Shown piece after piece: positions 61,272-64,000 of a stretch of 64,000 bases of DNA (position 1 is its first letter; the number at the start of each line of letters is the position of its first letter). Made by a program: the position numbers and the translations under genes. This DNA comes from Bacteroidota bacterium (GTDB lineage: Bacteria; Bacteroidota; Bacteroidia; Bacteroidales; VadinHA17). The notes beneath the pieces were generated by a model. That model made no database searches. It saw nothing but the letters and a program-made list of their open reading frames with translations, and was not told the origin of the DNA. Where the stretch lies: positions 7,648-71,647 of the forward strand of contig JADFDS010000006.1 of assembly GCA_018262715.1 (NCBI GenBank), read 5' to 3'.

Positions 61272-61352
61272 ATGGAGTTTTTTTCATAGGTTAGGTTAGT
61301 TTTAGGGTTAACACTGAAGAGGAGGCGAGAAATTGTCTCCTCTTTCTCTTTT
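61272..61352 (+). ncRNA. Candidate ~80-nt small RNA with G/U-rich GGUUAG repeats
   Basis: Lies between the sigma54-like promoter and a 12-bp GAAA-loop terminator (61317-61344, G-U pairs on the plus strand, U-rich tail); both flanking genes are on the minus strand. Confidence 0.6.
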
Positions 61353-61779
61353 ACAGTGTCAGGAGTGAGAGGTTCCGGTCGGTGTTATCGCAGCTGTCAA
61401 AAATGAATACTGCAGTGATTTCGGGGATAAGCCTCAGTGAAGCGGCAAGTTGTTCAGTTTCTTTTCTTTCCTGTACTTCGCCCGGCACAAGCAGGTAATC
61501 GATGTTTTTCAGCTTGCGCAGCAGGACGCTTCCTCCGCTTCGGTTTGATACGAGAGAAAATGCACGGTTTTCTGGTGAGAAACGTGAGAACAGCTGAGTT
61601 CCTGCCGGGCTGGCAATGATTATATCCTCATTGCATCTTCTCAGGTCAGTTCCCAGGTGCCTGTTTATCATCACGGAGAGACGGTAATCGGGTTCTGCTG
61701 ACACCACCCCGAGAAAGGAGAAGGGCTGTGGTTCGCCTGTTCCGATAGTATGCCTGGTGATTTTCTTTTCCCTGCTCAT
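61351..61779 (-). CDS. IPExxxVDY-family-like protein
   Basis: DYRL...IN..L, LVSN, L...KNIDYLL; conserved position downstream of rnc. Confidence 0.65.
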   Translation of the reverse strand: MSREKKITRHTIGTGEPQPFSFLGVVSAEPDYRLSVMINRHLGTDLRRCNEDIIIASPAGTQLFSRFSPENRAFSLVSNRSGGSVLLRKLKNIDYLLVPGEVQERKETEQLAASLRLIPEITAVFIFDSCDNTDRNLSLLTL

Positions 61780-62513
61780 CCCTTTAACAGACCCAGTTTA
61801 CTGAGGGCAGTCATCGATGCAACCTGTTCGGCCTCCTTTTTTGTGGACCCTTCGCCCTGCGATATCACCTCATTGCTGATCTCGAGTGTCACGGTGAAGA
61901 GAGGGTGACCGTTGCTGCCTGATTGCTTCTCCCGTGAGGTGAAGTTAAGCTTTTGTTTGTTCTTCTGGCAATATTCAAGGATGAGGCTTTTATAATCCGT
62001 CTCCGCTGCCAGCAAGGCATCGAGATTGAAATGTTCTTTCAGTCCCCGTTCAATGAAAAATTTCCTGGTGCGGTCATAGCCCCTGTCGATGAACAGCGCC
62101 CCCACGAGGGCTTCCACGGCGTTGCCGTAGAGATTGCGGGGCGAGTCTGAGGGTGCCAGGTTGGAGACTATCAGCCTGTCAAGCCCCATGGAAAGGCCAA
62201 GCTGGTTGAGCGTCTCACGGTTGACGATGCGTGCCCGGGTTTTTGTCAGGGACCCTTCGGAGGCTTCCGGGTACCGGTGGAAAAGATAATCTGAAAGGAT
62301 GCTGTCTATGATTGCATCGCCCAGGTATTCAAGACGTTCATTATTGATCCTGACTCCGTCGGGGAGGGTATAGGTTGCGGAACGGTGTATGAAGGCCATT
62401 TCATACAGCCTGAGGTTAAGAGGGCGGAACCCGAGAAGGTTCTTCAGCTCCGACCGGAATCTGCCACGGTCGTGGATGAGTGTGTTGTTTTTCTTCCTGT
62501 TAAGCAGGAACAC
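61776..62513 (-). CDS. rnc: Ribonuclease III
   Basis: NERLEYLGDA, GNAVEALVGA, dsRBD with KKEAEQ. Confidence 0.97.
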   Translation of the reverse strand: MFLLNRKKNNTLIHDRGRFRSELKNLLGFRPLNLRLYEMAFIHRSATYTLPDGVRINNERLEYLGDAIIDSILSDYLFHRYPEASEGSLTKTRARIVNRETLNQLGLSMGLDRLIVSNLAPSDSPRNLYGNAVEALVGALFIDRGYDRTRKFFIERGLKEHFNLDALLAAETDYKSLILEYCQKNKQKLNFTSREKQSGSNGHPLFTVTLEISNEVISQGEGSTKKEAEQVASMTALSKLGLLKG

Positions 62514-63760
62514 TATTCCTTGAATTTCCGGATCAGAATTGATGCGTTGTGTCCCCCGAAGCCGAAGTTATTGCTGAGAGCCACATTCACGGTTCTCTGC
62601 TGGGCCTTGTTCAGGGTGAGGTTCAGGTTCTGGTCTATTGCAGGATCAGGATTCCTGAAGTTGATTGTTGGCGGAATGATGTCATGGACAACAGCCATTG
62701 TTGTTGCTATGGCTTCGACAACCCCGGCGGCGCCAAGTAGGTGGCCGGTCATCGATTTTGTTGCACTGATGTTCAGCTTGTAAGCATGGTCACCGAAGAG
62801 AGCAAGGATGGCTTTTATCTCTGCGATGTCACCAAGCGGTGTGGCAGTGCCGTGCACATTGATATAGTCAACGTCGGAGGGCTGCAGGCCGGCTTCATTG
62901 ATAGCCTGTTTCATCACGTTGATGGCTCCCATGCCATCAGGATGAGGAGCAGTAATATGATAGGCATCAGCTGTCAGGCCTGAACCGATCACCTCTGCAT
63001 AGATGCGTGCTCCCCTGGCTTTGGCATGACCGAGCTCCTCGAGTATGAGAGCGCCGGCGCCCTCACCGATCACGAAACCGTCACGGGTCACATCAAACGG
63101 GCGGGAGGCGGTGGCATATTCTTCATTGTTGGTGGACATGGCCTGCATAGCGTTGAATCCGCCTATGCCGGGCGGGTTTACAGAGGCTTCTGACCCTCCT
63201 GCAATAAAGAGGTCAGCCTTGCCGAGAAGAATGTAGTAGTAAGCGTCAATTAATGCATTCGTTGAAGAGGCGCATGCCGAGACTGTAGCGAAGTTAGGCC
63301 CGCGAAAACCATACTTTATTGAGAGCATCCCTGCGGCAATATCACTGATCATCCTCGGAATGAAAAAAGGGCTGAAACGGGGAGTGCCATCCCCTGTAAC
63401 AAACCCTTTTACTTCTTCCAGAAAGGTCTCTATTCCACCTATGCCTGAGGCCCAGATGATGCCGGAACGGTCCTTGTCTGTTGCCTCCGGATCAAGACCT
63501 GCATCTTTTACCGCTTCATCAGCTGCAACATGTGCATACTGGGTGTAACGGTCCATCTTGCGCGATTCCTTCCTGTCAAAATAACGGGAAGCATCATAGT
63601 TCTTGATCTCGCAGGCAAACCTGGTTTTGAACTTGGATGTGTCAAAATGGGTTATAAGCCCGGCACCACTGACACCATCCACAAGACTTTTCCAGAAATC
63701 CTGCAGATTGTTCCCGATGGGGGTCAGCGCCCCCATCCCGGTAACTACTACACGCCTCAT
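62513..63760 (-). CDS. fabF: 3-oxoacyl-ACP synthase II
   Basis: SACAS, HGTATPLGD, KSMTGHLLGAAG, FGFGGHN. Confidence 0.97.
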   Translation of the reverse strand: MRRVVVTGMGALTPIGNNLQDFWKSLVDGVSGAGLITHFDTSKFKTRFACEIKNYDASRYFDRKESRKMDRYTQYAHVAADEAVKDAGLDPEATDKDRSGIIWASGIGGIETFLEEVKGFVTGDGTPRFSPFFIPRMISDIAAGMLSIKYGFRGPNFATVSACASSTNALIDAYYYILLGKADLFIAGGSEASVNPPGIGGFNAMQAMSTNNEEYATASRPFDVTRDGFVIGEGAGALILEELGHAKARGARIYAEVIGSGLTADAYHITAPHPDGMGAINVMKQAINEAGLQPSDVDYINVHGTATPLGDIAEIKAILALFGDHAYKLNISATKSMTGHLLGAAGVVEAIATTMAVVHDIIPPTINFRNPDPAIDQNLNLTLNKAQQRTVNVALSNNFGFGGHNASILIRKFKE

Positions 63761-63780
63761 TTATGGGTTATCAGAGATAA

Positions 63781-63999
63781 CTACTTGGCGTTCTCTTCAA
63801 TATACTTAATGGCTTCGCCTACTGTGCTGATGCTTTCTGCCTGATCATCAGGAATTCCGATGTTGAACTCCTTTTCAAATTCCATGATCAGCTCGACTGT
63901 GTCAAGAGAGTCCGCACCAAGGTCATTTGTAAAATGTGCTTCGGGAGTAACCTCTGCTTCATCAACGCCAAGCTTCTCAACGATGATCTTCTTTACTCT
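63781..63999 (-). CDS. acpP: Acyl carrier protein, 5'-truncated by window edge
   Basis: Manual translation [45 protein letters not shown]...IEENAK; DSL phosphopantetheine site. Confidence 0.96.
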   Translation of the reverse strand, partial: RVKKIIVEKLGVDEAEVTPEAHFTNDLGADSLDTVELIMEFEKEFNIGIPDDQAESISTVGEAIKYIEENAK

Positions 64000-64000
64000 T

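Noticed and set aside
58761-61309. Invertible DNA segment bounded by inverted repeats
   Set aside because: Repeats are imperfect at DNA level, no recombinase lies nearby, and the mismatch pattern favours RNA pairing; not fully excluded

Overview
Chromosomal window (~50-55% GC by eye) from a Bacteroidota, most likely Bacteroidales-type, bacterium. The evidence is SprA/Sov, fused LpxC-FabZ, RprXY-like two-component genes, the acpP-fabF-rnc-IPExxxVDY order and TAnnTTTG-type promoters. The first ~12 kb is accessory: a YeeE plus rhodanese sulfur-handling cluster, a repeat lipoprotein, CAAX protease, Ddl-like ligase, S8 protease, OsmC, TerC and GGT. The rest is mostly housekeeping (dxr, rseP, tatA, mqnC, pdxA, ruvA, sprA, gcvH, rimP-nusA-infB, lpxD-lpxC/fabZ-lpxA, kdsB, secG, groESL, cstA, lepA, rnc, fabF, acpP). 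The strongest signals are non-coding. (1) An ORF-free ~595-nt minus-strand unit (38421->37826) has its own promoter, a boxA-like site, long-range helices, UNCG/GNRA hairpins and a terminator; it is a candidate large structured ncRNA that I cannot assign to a known class. (2) Two candidate plus-strand small RNAs flank the rprXY-like operon (~58718-58822 and ~61272-61352, the latter behind a sigma54-like promoter) and share a 19-bp complementary segment whose only non-Watson-Crick pairs are G-U, suggesting an sRNA/sponge pair. Also seen: dispersed heptamer and octamer intergenic repeats, a CarH-like MerR regulator lacking both B12 histidines, and a possible sigma54-driven groESL. All calls come from reading the sequence; no database searches or folding programs were run.
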